Shown here one piece after another: positions 1-12,728 of a stretch of 64,000 nucleotides of DNA. The stretch lies in contig CALSCP010002418.1 of NCBI GenBank assembly GCA_943704425.1, forward strand, positions 39,541 through 103,540, written 5' to 3'. How positions within the stretch are numbered: the first letter of the stretch is position 1; the number at the start of each line of letters is the position of its first letter. Below the pieces are notes generated by a model. That model saw only the letters and a program-made list of their open reading frames with translations. It was not told the DNA's origin and searched no databases. The position numbers were made by a program, and so were the translations under genes. This DNA is from Ministeria vibrans ATCC 50519. Taxonomy: Eukaryota > Protista > Filasterea.

Positions 1-67
1 CACGCAAAGACACGGCCAGATCTGGCAGACCACCTTGAAAACAAACTCGATGGAATCAAACAAACTA

Positions 68-1731
68 TCACCACAACTTCATTGATGAGTGATACATTTT
101 TTGAACGAGATCCTCGGACATTTCCAAGGGCGCATTGTCAATGACCCGCTTTTGCTGGAACGAGGCAGCAGAGAGAGCATCAATGTCTGCAGAGGTGACA
201 CCCACCGACGTAAGGCCATTGGGAAATCCGCTCACACGCACAAAGTAGCTCAGCTAAGGGGTACATTTGTGCGTCAGCAAATGCCTCACGAGGGTACTCA
301 TTCACTTACTCGTTCAGCAAGGACTTCTCCGGCGTCATCAAGCTTGGCTGTTTTGGTGTCGGCACCCAGCGCCTGTGCGACATACATGTGGCGCTCGGGG
401 CAGGCATGGGCCGCGTGGCGTACAGTACCCGGCGCACACAGAATAACGCCCATGCCATGCGGGATGAGAGGCTCCCCGTCGTTGGGGTAGCCCGTGTTGG
501 GACCGGGATGAAAGTCCTAAGACAAGATAACAACAAAATATACAGGAGAGTAAAAATGTACCTTGACGGAGCCACAAACGGAGTAGGAGAGGCCGTGAGG
601 CAGGTGCACACCACAGTTGCCCATAGCCGTGCCTACCACGCACGACGCCCACATCATCAGCTCACGCGCTTCCGTGTCCGCATTGTCAGTCACTGCCCTC
701 TCAAACACCTGCCAAAGACAAGGCAACAGCGGCAACAATAACAATAACAACAGCAATAACAATGACAATACAAAAACAACCAAAACCATAAAATAATATT
801 AGTCCATTATTGTCAACTAGAGCGTGACCGTCACCTGTCCAACCACTTCGAGTGCCTCCCGACACGCCATATCGCCCATGGGATTCGCACCCTGGTTGAG
901 GGGTCGCACATGACGCGGTGAGGCAACAGGGCGTCGTGTAAAGGGCCGTGCAGTAAAAGACTATCAACAGCAGAGTATTCCAAAACGGCGATTGAGCGAA
1001 ACAAAAACATCAAAAAAAAAAAAAGGTATTAAGAGAATCGAGTGTAAACCCTTGGTGATAATGGTACCTCCATAGCATGGGACATGACATCAAATCCGGC
1101 GGCAGCTACGACAGTCTGCGGGAGCGAGTGGGTGACGGTCGGGTCGACAACAGCCAGCTGAGGAATGATCCCAGCACCCGCAATGCCTGTCTTGGCAAAG
1201 GGTGCTGTCGGGTGCTCGCCTAGCTTGCAAATGGCAAACCCGGTACATTCGCTGCCGGTGCCGGCGGTCGTTGGACAGGCAATGTGGGGTGGCAGGCGGG
1301 CATTGGCTTCGTCACCTTCCGCCGCAACAATGGCCATTCCCGCCCCAATCGGTTTGTTAATGTAGTCCATGAGAGAGCCACTTGGAGGCGGTCGCGACGC
1401 TGCCAACAGAGCCGCCTTGCACGTGTCCATCACGGAGCCACCGCCAATGGAGACAAATGCGTCAAAGGGCCCACAATCGCGCACCCATGCAGCCGCCGCG
1501 TCAAAGCTCGCGAGCGTCGGCTCCACTCGAACCAGGTCGTAAGTGACCGGATCCAAACCGGACTCCGTCATAGCCTTGATTGCCTGCTCAAAGTGGGGCA
1601 TGGCTGTGCGCACTCGCGCATCGGTAAACACAGCCACACGCCCGCGGCTCGTCTTGCCCGTCGCACGAGCGTACTGCTCAGATAGCATTTGCACATCAAA
1701 GCCCAGCTCAGAAAAAACACCCTTTCCGTAC

Positions 1732-1807
<76 letters not shown>

Positions 1808-2191
1808 AAAGAAACAAGTGATAGAGAGAGAGAAAGTAGTGTGTGTGTATGTATGTATGTGTGTATGTGTCAGTCGTTGCAGCAGTCGGCCATGAAGCGA
1901 ACCTTGACGTTTGTTGAGCGAACTTGAAACACTGCATCGCCGTGCGCTGTCGGCTCAAAGTACTGCGCAAACACAACAAGAAGGTGAGACTATATTCCCA
2001 CGGAGGCGTGTTCTTCCACGGGCTGCCACGCATCGTGCCACGGTAAGGGCAGGGAAAGTGAAAGTGTGAAGTAGGAGAGTGCGTTGTTGTTGTTGGTGTC
2101 GTTCGTCTACCTGCATCGCACAACACGAACCCAACTGGCGCGAAGGGACAAGTGATCGTCCCAATTGCACACGACTTAATTGTCTCAGCAT
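68..2191 (-). CDS. ADHFE1: Hydroxyacid-oxoacid transhydrogenase / Fe-containing alcohol dehydrogenase (multi-exon, mitochondrial-type presequence)
   Basis: Fe-ADH motifs SIGGGSVMDTCK, PTTAGTGSE and FDVMSHAME. Spliced N-terminus reads MLRQLSRV...YFEPTAHGDAVFQVRSTNVK|YGKGVFSELG. C-terminus QQKRVIDNAP...SMKLW* ends at 68. Confidence 0.85.
1734..1804. repeat. (GA)n microsatellite in an ADHFE1 intron
   Basis: Pure AG run. Confidence 0.95.
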
Positions 2192-2288
2192 TCTTGCAGA
2201 AGAAATGAAAATTGAAATGAGCTGCTAATAATAAATTATTTACGAATAATTTGAATATTAATTTTTTTTTCAAATTTTCGCAGTTGCG

Positions 2289-4961
2289 ATGAGCTCACCG
2301 TTCCGCAACTCACAGTCTCCGTTGAGAACCCCTGTGAAACTGGGACGTGGACTGACGGAAAACTCCCCGTCGCCCGCCAACGCATTCAACGATGACAAGA
2401 AAGGTTTCAAAAACAAAAACAGATGAAAATCGACGACACACCGCCTGCAAGCGTATCCCTGCGGTTTCCCTGCCCTTCACGTGCTTGGCGTAGTCCTTGT
2501 GGACCCCCTTCGTAGTGTTTTATTGCAGTGTCTTGTTGTCGTTTTGAGTGGCGCAAAATTTGAAAAATCAAACTTTCTTGTTGTAGAGAAAAAGCACAGA
2601 CGCCGCCTGTCCATGGCCGACGAGCTTCGCCGAAGAGCCATTACGGAGTCTCCGCGAGGCAATGTCGCGGCACAGCAGGTGAGAATCACTCTCTATGTCT
2701 CTGCCGGCTTTGGCTCTTCTGACCTCCTAATTATTATTATTCTTATTTCCTCTGTGCGTCTGTTTTTTCAAGGTTGACAGTCCCGTCAAAGTCGCCACCA
2801 AGAGGCACAATGCTGCCAGCGACGCCCTCCTGTCGAGCGAGCAAAAGTCCGACCTGTATGCCAGTTGCATTAAGCTGTCAACCGAAAACGTACGTGTCGC
2901 TGTTTGAACTCGCCGTCTGACATGGTGTGTGTCTTTGCATAGAAAATCAACCAAAAGAACAGCTGGGACTTGGGCCTGATCGACTACATTAGCGACGTGC
3001 TTGAGACCAAGCACGGCGAAATGACCAACTTTCAAGTGGCCTCCTGCACCCTCGACGCCAGTGTCAAAATCTACTCTTGTCGCGTCGACTCCATTCACCA
3101 AGAAGCCTACAAGGTATTTGATCGATGGGTGTTTATTGCAAGTGAATCATAGAGGGGTGGGAGAGAGCACACAGTCATTCGTACAGTGACCCTTTGCTCT
3201 TTGGCATACACGCGCGACTCCACTCAAATGTTCAAATTTGTACAGGTTCTGGGCGGTCTCACGCGCTCGAACAAGGACCCAGTGGGACACAAGACGATGG
3301 AGAGCGACAACGACGAGGACGACGAAGACGAAGACGGGAACAAGCGAGTGAAGAAGACGGGGCGCAGCAAAAAGCGCACTGTGAACACACTCGAGACCAA
3401 CCTGGAGGCGCTCGACGTGAAGCAACATGAGCTTGAATTCGAAGTGGACCCGCTCTTCCAGAAGACCTCGGCGGCATTTGATGAAGGCGGCGCACGTGGA
3501 CTTCTGCTTAACCACCTCAATGTGTACAACGGCTGCGAGCTTGTCTTTGACAGTGCCGGTTCGGTCGATCCCTGCGCAGACGCGGAGCCCTCGTCCCCTG
3601 CCGACGCAGACCTGGTCGACGTGTCGTCGCTACAGACACTCTGTGCGTCCTTTCTCGCCGAGGCACCCACCGACTCCACTGCGGGTCTGGCTGCCCTGGA
3701 TGTATGCGCCGCCTTTAAGGACTTTTGCTTCAACGACTGGACTCCCGCGGCGGACGGCGACGATGACCTCGCATGCGACACATCCTCGGCGGCGCCCCAA
3801 ACTCCATCAACCACAAATGCACCACCCTCGTCCGCCTATGCAATCTCAAACAATCTCATGGCCTTTCACGACGACGAAAACAACGACGACGAAGACTTGC
3901 CAGGCGGTGGTGGCTTTGATATGGGCGGTCTCGGCCTTGACTCGGACGACGAAGATATCCACTACGAGACTGGCTTGCAGGCGGGCGGTTCCGGTGGCCC
4001 GGCCAGCGGTGTAGTCATGGCGATGCTTCAGGCGGGCAATGAGTACTCGTACTTTGACCAGAGCCATTTGAAGAACTGGGCTGGGCCCGACCATTGGCGG
4101 GTGCGTGGCACGGCAGGCACCGCTGGAACAGCCGCTGGTGCTGCGACAGCGAATGACAAGAAACGCTCTGCAAAAGAACCCTTCTTCCTAGACTTTGAAG
4201 CCAAGAGCGCGCCCGGCGGCAAGACGTGGGAGGCGGCCCTGTCATCGAGCCGTGTAACAACGACACTTGCGCAGACCACCCTTGACAAGCTCTCCGCCTC
4301 CACGACGACTCTGCCCGACGACTGTCACTTTCAGGTGGCGGATCTCACACGCCTGTTTCTCAAGGCGCGCTGGGGCGCGCAGCAAAACCAGCGTGTGCGC
4401 ACGGGTGAGCCAAGTGATGTCGACGGCTCCAGCGGTGGTCAATGGTACAACTACGACAATGCCAACGACTGCAACAACTATTGTGCGGCCGACGAGACTG
4501 GTAATGGTGGTGGTGGCGGCGTCGACGACGACGACTACGGACTGGGCCATCCCCAAGGCGGTTGCGACAGCGACAGCGACGACGACGACAACGACATGTT
4601 CTTGGGCGGTGGGCCCGACGACTGCGACGGGGCACTTATCAACGAGCCACGGATGGTCAACAAGATCCAGATCAACTATGCCAAGACGGCAAAAAAGGTT
4701 GACGTGCGCGCCGTCAAGGGCACCATATGGAGCGAGCTCACTGGCAAGTCTGACGCGACTGAGGCTGCTGCAGCGCCCGCCGAAGGCACTCGCATGTTTG
4801 CTGACATTGTACAGATTGTGCCCACCAAAATGCCATCCAAGGCCGCCAACGAAATGAGCGTCCCTATTGCCTTTGTGTGTCTGCTCCACCTCGCCAACGA
4901 GAAGCATCTCGCGATCAAGGGCGTCGACGCCATGGACAACCTGCTAATCGAGCAGGCTTGA
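2289..4961 (+). CDS. NCAPH: Condensin I kleisin subunit (Barren/CAP-H/Cnd2), multi-exon
   Basis: KINQKNSW, NFQVASCTLDASVKIYSCRVDS, VDPLFQKTSAAFDEGGARGLLLN, WAGPDHW, INYAKTAKKVDV and FVCLLHLANE. Confidence 0.95.
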
Positions 4962-5115
4962 TGAACCAGCGAGACACAAGGAGTGAGCGGAATGTGTGTG
5001 ACAGAGAGAAGCAATCAGTAATGAACCCCCTAGAACTGAAACTTACTACAATTCTTATTTATATTACAACTATTTCATTCAAGCAACTGACTCCTTTACA
5101 TCGTCAGCAGGCTCG

Positions 5116-5276
5116 TTAATGCAGGGCAGGAGTGCCTTGGAAGCAATTCGTGATGCACCTTCCAATGATGTCAAACGCACTGTAAACACGGATGAATCCA
5201 GTCGAATGGACTGCTTCAAAGGAATCAATCCACCAGAGCGTTTGCAGTGTCGCAAGAGCTGAAAGAGCCATTAATA

Positions 5277-5307
<31 letters not shown>

Positions 5308-6954
5308 TTTCTTCTTCAGTCTTTTCCTGTACCTGCCAACCGAAACGATCGAGCGAAAATACAATGTCTCCATTTGACGCATCTGTTGTGGTTCCACGAA
5401 GACAATAGACTTGGCCGGGGCGCTGCAGAAGAACAAAAGCAAAATTGAATTGATAAAAATAAGAGAGGCTCCCTCAAACTTCGCTTTCGTTGGCGTACCA
5501 ACAGGTGCTCGGCAAAGCGTCGAATATATTCCGGTTCTTGCACAAGAAGATATACTGTGGATGGTTGTGCTGGATCCGGGCCAACAACAGGGACCGGGGG
5601 CAGGGACCGTCTTGCGAGGGTACTACGAGGTCGATGCAGGTGCCCACGTTGCCGGCCGGGTAGAGGCTCGCGTCGTTGTGAATGTAACGGCAGGGTTACT
5701 GTGGGCGCTGAGGCAGGCACAATAAACTCCCGCACAGTGTTTAAAACGGGCTCGACGGGGCGAGAACTGGTCATTTCGAGGCGACTCTCCACTTCTTCCG
5801 AGGAAGGTGATGGAAGCAGTAATTGTTGCCGAGAGCCAATCAATGCCGACATCTGGCTTTGTGATAATTGAAACACCAAGGGAGGCGAAGAAGTTGAAGT
5901 GACGTGTGATTGTGCCAGTCCCACAGGTTCCATCTACAACCAAAGTCGTAAGTATAATTTTTACTAATAATAATAATAATAAGAATAGCAACAATAATAG
6001 TAATAATAAGAATAGCAACAATAATAAGAATAATAAGAATAGCAATAAGAAGAATAATAATAATAATAATAGCAATAAGAATAATAAGAATAATAAGAAT
6101 AATAAGAATAATAATAATAATAATTACGGAAATGACCGTCGGGTGGAGCAGGGCGCCTTCCGATTGGCGAGGTGTGGAGATGGAGCCCAAATGCTGTTTC
6201 GGATTTTTTTCGGGACACGTTCGGGATCGAATAGCACGATAGCAAGCGGCCACTATGCGGAACGGCAGGAGCAACACCGAAGCAATGGTTGAGGTGAAAC
6301 TCGAGCAGAAGCCACGCTTGTCGCCTTTTGCGTTGGATCCAGGACAGGCACAAGCACGCAAGAGAGAAACAAGGACTAGCGAGCCGCCAAGCACAACGGG
6401 AAGACCATAGGCACTCTTGAGGAAATCTCCCAGCGAAGAAAGTGGCTTAAATCCTCCTGAACCCTCTGCAAACCCAAACCAAAGGGTATGAAACGCAACA
6501 ATCATGATAATACATTTTTTTTTGCATACCTCCTGCATCGATGGGGTCCGTCGCTTGAGAATCAAAATCCTGCGAGCCACGCTGAGAAGTAGTTGCATTT
6601 GTTAAGAAGGTGACGGTAATGTTATAAAGCAGCTCTTGGCGGGAGTCCTTAAGAAACACATCGCACGAGTGCTGCATAGAGCTACTAGTGGTCGTGGCAA
6701 GGTCGAGCTCAAACAGATGTGTATGGAAGGGTTGAATGGAAGCCGTCTCGGCAAGGACAGGCAAGATGCCGGCCGAGCACAGGGCCGACACGTGATACTG
6801 TGCCTCAAGGAACCCACTGTTGCTCACCAACACACGCATTTCGCCTAGGCCGGACAGAGCCTCAAAGTTTTGCACTGCAACCGAGTGGATCAAGCCAGGG
6901 CTCTGGTTGATCACAAATTGCAGAGCATCCGCGTCAATTTCCAATGACACAAAG
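5116..6954 (-). CDS. HAP2: HAP2/GCS1 gamete fusogen, 3' part (domain III, TM segment, cytoplasmic tail)
   Basis: FVSLEIDADALQFVINQSPGLI...FEAL...C...C..F.TNAT is typical of HAP2 domain III. A TM segment followed by Cys (LLRACAC) comes next. The acceptor at 6955-6956 is phase-compatible with the donor at 12728. The exact 3' end is uncertain. Confidence 0.85.
5965..6125. repeat. (AAT/AAG)n compound microsatellite in a HAP2 intron
   Basis: Run of AAT, AAG and AAC triplets. Confidence 0.9.
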
Positions 6955-7053
6955 CTGCGTCAAAAAGTTAGTATTAGTCTACTCTTGCATGTTTTATGCC
7001 ATTATCAATAATAATTTATTATTATCAATAATAATAATAATTATTATTATTAC

Positions 7054-7127
<74 letters not shown>

Positions 7128-7157
7128 TTACTAATAGACCCGTTCTTCTTTTTTTTT

Positions 7158-7166
7158 NNNNNNNNN
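7158..7166. other. Assembly gap (further gaps at 17213-17222 and 37692-37712)
   Basis: Runs of N next to homopolymer or microsatellite sequence. Confidence 0.99.
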
Positions 7167-7450
7167 CTGCCATCTTGTTAAATTTCTCCAGAGAAGACAC
7201 CGCTAGCCAACTTATTCTTTTTGATGTTTTGACTTTTGATTCTCATTCTTTTTTGATGTTTTGATTCTCATTCGTAAGGACCAAGAGGACGTCCTTTTTT
7301 TCTGGTTGTTATTGTTTTTTATATTCACGTTGTTGGTATTGTGTGTGCATTGACGGCATTGAGCACACACGAATATCACACAGTAGTGTATTAAGTGTAA
7401 TGATATAATTCTATTTTTTATTACATAGTGCGATGTTCCCCTTCTCACAA

Positions 7451-7533
7451 GCGTCGTTTGTTTATCATCCAAAAGTTCAACTGCGCCTTTTGACATTGCG
7501 CTTTTGTTAAGAACCTTTTCATCGCAACAACGC
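7451..7533 (-). promoter_or_regulatory. SECIS element (type II) in the 3'UTR of the deiodinase-like gene
   Basis: Minus strand reads GCGTTGTTG cg ATGA AAAGGTTC tt AAC AAAA GCGC..GCGC a GTT GAACTTTT GGAT gataaa C AAACGACGC. This gives helix I, an AUGA/GA core, helix II, unpaired AAAA and an apical mini-stem. Confidence 0.8.
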
Positions 7534-7586
7534 AAGAGAGATAGAGAGAAGACACACCCGTCTCACAACACACCAGATGTGCACAC

Positions 7587-7774
7587 TCAACACTGTGCGC
7601 TGAGCCAATCGGCCAATTCAGGCGGATCAAACGTTGCTTCGTCGTTTGGCTGAGCCTAATTATAAAACACACGCATTGTTTGTAAGAAAAATCTTTTTTA
7701 ACATGAGAATAAAAGGTATTTTACTTTGAGTGTAAGCAGACCATCGGCGGAAATGCCAAACCATCTAGAAAAAG

Positions 7775-7805
<31 letters not shown>

Positions 7806-8806
7806 TCAGGGCAAAAGAGAAGTGAGTGACAAAATGTGCGACCGCCTTAACGATACCGAGTAGGCCAGGCACTGTAAGTCTTCTCAAACTCATCGTCAAT
7901 CGAATCCAGCACTACCGACCATTCTGCCAGTCCCTTGAGGTCACACAGACTCGCAATGGCCGACTCAGACCGCTCCTGACAACACAATAATTATCAAAAT
8001 TATTACAATACAATTTTGATATTATGTGTACCTCAATGGTCTTGGCCGTGTGGCGCTTGTAGGCGCTTCCAATGGGCCAGGTGTCTTCTGCGTGCGCCTA
8101 CAGCCGCAATACAATAATAATCATAACACTATCTCGATTCAAACGCACCTCCTTGATGTACACAAAGACAAACGTCGCGCGATGGTGGTACTCGGCGCGA
8201 AGTTGATTGAGCGCCGGAAGAAGACACCGCAATGGGGGTCAGCTAACACATAAATAAAGTATCAGAAAGGTGTAATTACACAATGGGGGTTTACGTGATG
8301 GAGCCGGCCACAAGGACGAGAGGAGAGCCTTTCGTGAAGTGATCTGCCAGCACATGCCGCGAGGTCCCGTCCAGCGAGTAGACGGGAAGGTCCAGTGGCG
8401 CAACCTGACCCTCGACAAGGTCTCCGTCGCGAGCAATGTTTTCCCGGACGTACAGGGGAATGGAGCGAAAGTCCTACGTCGACGCGGCACGTTGGCTCTG
8501 GTGCAATGCACTTCTCTCCACCCTTACCGGCTCCTCTGGAAAGATTTGCCACGCATGACGCAGTACACGCAGTCCGCCGTCCAGTGGGTACACATTGAAC
8601 TCGCGAACGACGCGCTCTTGCAGCCGTACGGTGACGCCGTACCATTCGGAGGTGGCTTGCAGACCGCGGTCCTCGACCGCACGCAACGCCGCAAGATACT
8701 CGTCAGAGTGCCGCAGCTCGTCTTCGCGCAGCAGCATCTCCCGAACTGTATCCTTGTCGAGGTCCTTGGCGCGCCGTCGCGGTCGCACCAACACGTCTTG
8801 CGACAT
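7587..8806 (-). CDS. Iodothyronine deiodinase-like selenoprotein (7 exons, 281 aa, Sec from TGA at 8239-8241)
   Basis: Exons 8806-8528, 8473-8295, 8242-8149, 8097-8032, 7975-7857, 7764-7725 and 7655-7587 are all GT-AG and keep the frame. They give PLVLVAGSIT-U-PPLR...FVFVYIKEAHAEDTWP...VVLDSIDDEFEKTYSAWPTR...ELADWL. Confidence 0.88.
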
Positions 8807-8917
8807 TGTAGGTAAAAAAAAACAATGTCCAATTGTCCATGTTGATTATACTCTGCAGTTCGAATATACATTAAACTGTTACTCAATTACGTTCTTGTGC
8901 TTTTGTTGTTTATTGCA

Positions 8918-9243
8918 ATGCTAAAGGACTTGGTTGCTTCTGCAGCGGGTCTCACTACTTCGGCTCTGTTTGCCGAGGGGCTGTACAACCAAAACTGAAA
9001 CAAACGTCGCAAAATCTGATCGCTTTCGCTGTAGACTTGCCGTCGTCGAATTCCGCCGGACGCAGTCGACTGGCAGCACCCCTGTGCTCCCTTTCATTGC
9101 GCAGGTTGTCCAGTGCCTCATGTGGATGAAATACGGTCTTCTCATTGACGACACGTCCATTGTCTTACCAAACACCGTTGGCCTCCTCTTGGGTCTGGTC
9201 TATCTTGTCTTCTTTGACATGTACGCCAGCAACAGGGTACGTC

Positions 9244-9336
<93 letters not shown>

Positions 9337-9928
9337 ATGTCTTTGTGGTGTGTGTGTGTGTGTGCGTGTGTCTTTGTGGTGTGTGTGTGTGTGTGTGTGT
9401 GTGTCTGTGTGTGTCTGTGTGTGTCTGTGTCATTCGTCTCACCTCCCATCCACTCCTCGTCGCCTTATTACAAGAGTCTGGTGCGGCGGAGCATTCTCAA
9501 AGGTGCTGCCCTTCTCCTCGCAGTGCTCTTCATGGCCCGCTTTGCCGCGCGCACTCGCGACCAAGCAGCATTGCTGATGGGTTATGCAGGCTCCTGTGGC
9601 TCTGTGTCCATGTTTGGCTCTCCACTCGCAGATTTGGTACGCAAATGGTGTATGCCACTATATGCTGAGAGGGACATGATGCACTAATGGCACCTCACAG
9701 AAACGAATGATCTCGGAACGGACCAACAGCGGACTTACTTTCACGCGCGTCGCGTTAAACACACTCGTCCCCTCTCTCTGGACCCTCTACGGACTGCTTG
9801 TCGGCGATCCCTTTGTGTCCTTTCCCAATGCCATTGGAGTCATTTTGGGTCTCATTCAGAGTGCAGTGTATTTCTCCTTTAGAAGCAGTCCCAGTCCTCC
9901 TTCCTCCCTCTCTTTCGAACACGTATAA
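8918..9928 (+). CDS. SWEET (MtN3/saliva) sugar transporter, multi-exon
   Basis: STG..P.LPF...LMWMKYGLL...PNTVG, then MFGSPLADL and LWTLYGLL.GDPFVSFPNAIG, i.e. two MtN3 repeats. Confidence 0.9.
9247..9430. repeat. (GT)n microsatellite in a SWEET intron
   Basis: GT run. Confidence 0.95.
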
Positions 9929-10031
9929 TATAGTTTGTAAACCAAAAAAGAGCAAAATTTGTATGAAAATAAAAAAACTGTACACTAAAAGGTAATTAAT
10001 GACAAAGAAACGTTATAAACAGAAGTATTGG

Positions 10032-12147
10032 CTATTCCCATTTCTCCCAATCGTCATCAGAATCATTTTGGCTTTGACTGAGTAATTCGTTTGGAGGAGT
10101 CACAATCTAAAACAATAATGTTATGGTTAAAAAAAAATAGAAAAAGAAGATCAAGATAAAGTGGTTGGCGTTGGAGGGGGTTTTTTTTCGTTTTACGTCT
10201 GAACTCATTGCTTCTGAAATACTTTTGCGAAGAACATCAGACGAGGCATTGCTGTCGTTTCGTTGCACTGGGGCACTGGGTTCTTCGTCTATTTCTTCTT
10301 TGCTTGTTTTTGATGTTTGGTCTTCGTTTGTTCGTTCCGTTTCACTCTCACAGTCACTTTCATCTACAGAATTTAAATGTCACTCTCAACCACATCAAAT
10401 CACTCACAACGCCAATCTCTCCCTCTCACACTTTGTTTTTTCTCTCTCTCTCTCTCTATCACTTTGTTTCTTTCTCCCTCCTCTCTCTCACACACTTTGT
10501 TTCTTTCTCCCTCCTTTCTCTCTCTCCCTCTCTCTCTGCTTCTGTCTCTCTCTCAGCCTCTCATTAGTTATGTGCCTTACCGGGTTCTCCCCAATTCAAA
10601 TCCTCCTCGCTTCCATTTCCTTCTTCCACTCCTAATCACAAACCAAACATAAATATTCTTCTTACTCCCCTTTTGGTCCTTTCTCAATCGTTCCTACGTT
10701 TTAAAAGCACTTCTCTCGTTTGCTGTGCCGATTTAATCAGAGACTCAGCGTAAAAGTAACGCGACCAAAAGGTGCGATAGCTCAATTGAGAAGGAACGAG
10801 AGAAGAGTGCAACTGCCGAAATTCCTATTGAAACACACAAAAACTCACTTTGGGTGCGCACTCCACAACCACAGTAATCCTATGCTTTGCCACGCACACA
10901 ACACGCAATGCCAGTCATTGCAATAGTTTGTACCTTCATCGTCGAAATCATTTCGCTGATTCTCTCCTGACACTGTCCAATGTCAAACTGTGCGTCCCAT
11001 TGACTGTAATGTTCTTTGTCTTTCACTTCCCCACAATACCTAAATGCCACCACAAAATCATGATCAGATTGTTTGTTTTGTTTTGTTCTGTTTTGTTTGT
11101 TCGGATTTATTTGTTTTGTACGTTTCGCGACTAAACTGAACTTTGTGCAGTTCCGCTTCAAATCGACTCATCCCCAAAGAGGCACTCTTTCGTACAAAGG
11201 TACAAATTAAACGAGAGAAAGAGAGGAAGAGAAGATGAACGAGCGAGGAGAAAGAACAAGAGATGACAAAGAACAATAAGAAGTGCGGGGAAAGAACGAG
11301 AACAAGACACGGGAAAGAATAAGAACAAGACACGAGAAAGAACAAGAACAAGACACGAAAAAGAACAAGAACAAGAGAGCAGGAAGAACAAGAACAAGAG
11401 AGCAGGAAGAACAAGAACAAGTGAGAATAAACTATATTTGATGATGTATGTTGAGGAGCATTACGAGCGATGGAAGAGACTGTTGTGTTGCGGGGGGCTT
11501 GGAAGGGGACAGTTGAACGGGTGCAATGGCCGGACTTCCGTCGCCCGACAAAATCGATGTCATCTGGAAAACGAGACAAACACAGAAGAGTAAAGAGGAT
11601 GTGGCGTCGTGGTGTTGATAGAAAGAGACACAGGGTTGAAGTGTACCTTTTTGGCGAGCACGGAGGAAACGTTGACGGCCGTGTCGAGAATCTGTGTCGT
11701 AATGGGAAAATGTCGGCACAAACTCACAAACGCGAAACTTTTCAATGTTTACCTCTCGACCAGCACTGCCTGCCGCTGAATCGTCTGTTTCAGCCGGTGC
11801 ATGGGGCTCTCGTGAAGGCCTTGTGGGTGCGTGAAGAGCGTCGGCAGTGTCGTGTGCGACATTGACCGTATCCGCCTGAACCACAGACGAGTCGTTTTAG
11901 CCTCGCTCGCCGCTCCACACCCCTTCGTGTCGGTCGCCTTACCTTTACCGCAGAAACAAACTCCACCAGGTCGTGCTTCGTCTGCTCAATGAGACCGGCC
12001 GACTGCAAACCAACCCGAAAAGTTCAACGTTTTCACCTCCGCCACTCTGGTTTCCCTCACCGACTCCTGAATGGCCGTAATAAACCCGGTAAACCAGCCT
12101 CCACCACCACCACTCCCACTGTTGGCACTCTCACCGTCGTCACTCAT
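10032..12147 (-). CDS. BSD domain-containing protein (BSDC1-like), multi-exon
   Basis: N-terminus GGWFTGFITAIQES|SAGLIEQTKHDLVEFV. BSD core LHSSLVPSQLSYRTFWSRYFY at about 10740-10825. C-terminus DDDWEKWE*. Confidence 0.8.
11290..11420. repeat. AAGAAC-based minisatellite in a BSD gene intron
   Basis: Repeated AAGAACAAGAACAAGA(CACG/GAGC) units. Confidence 0.85.
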
Positions 12148-12310
12148 GAACAATATAAAAGCGAATGTAATTATTGTAATAAAAATGATAAAATGTGTGA
12201 AAGCCATTCGCACGACAAGATGACATCGATTGTTATCAATACGATCTTCAATCTTGAAAAGTTCAAATTCCACAAACTCAATTTCTCCACATTTCTATCA
12301 CGTTGGTTTG

Positions 12311-12592
12311 ATGACTCCCTACACGTCTGCGGCGGCTGTCGTGGTTCTCGCGAGCGCGGGGGCGGCGTCTGCGTCGGTCATCCAGGATGCGCTTCAGGAG
12401 GCTCTTTCAGCCATCCAATCCAACTCTACGGCAGCCATGGCGGCCGACATGGTCGACGCGGCCAGTGGCCTTGCCATGCAGGCGAGCGAGAAGCCTGCCG
12501 CGGTGTCTGCTGGCGCCATTGCGCTTCTGGCACTCTACTTGTTTCTCTCGTGGTACTACAAGCCGCTCTTCTGGATGCGCAAGCAGGAGGAC
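12311..12592 (+). CDS. Exon 1 of Neverland copy A, separated from the rest of the gene in this assembly
   Basis: MTPYTSAAAV...[17 protein letters not shown]|gtaagt is paralogous to exon 1 of the copy at 23250. It continues in frame with VGYVVHG at 17446. Confidence 0.85.
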
Positions 12593-12728
12593 GTAAGTGC
12601 ACCTGGAGTCTCACCCACCACTCCTTCCCTTCCCCATCACCCGCTCCTCCTTGCTCTTTATCTTTCTCTCTCTTTTTTTCTCGTCCCACAAAAACCCACC
12701 CGTGCTTTTTTTTTTTTTTTTTTGGTAC

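Noticed and set aside
6955-12728. Three genes genuinely nested in a giant HAP2 intron
   Set aside because: It is not accepted as biology because the breakpoints coincide with N gaps and duplicated CCCGTGC(T)n. It is reported as a probable mis-assembly instead.
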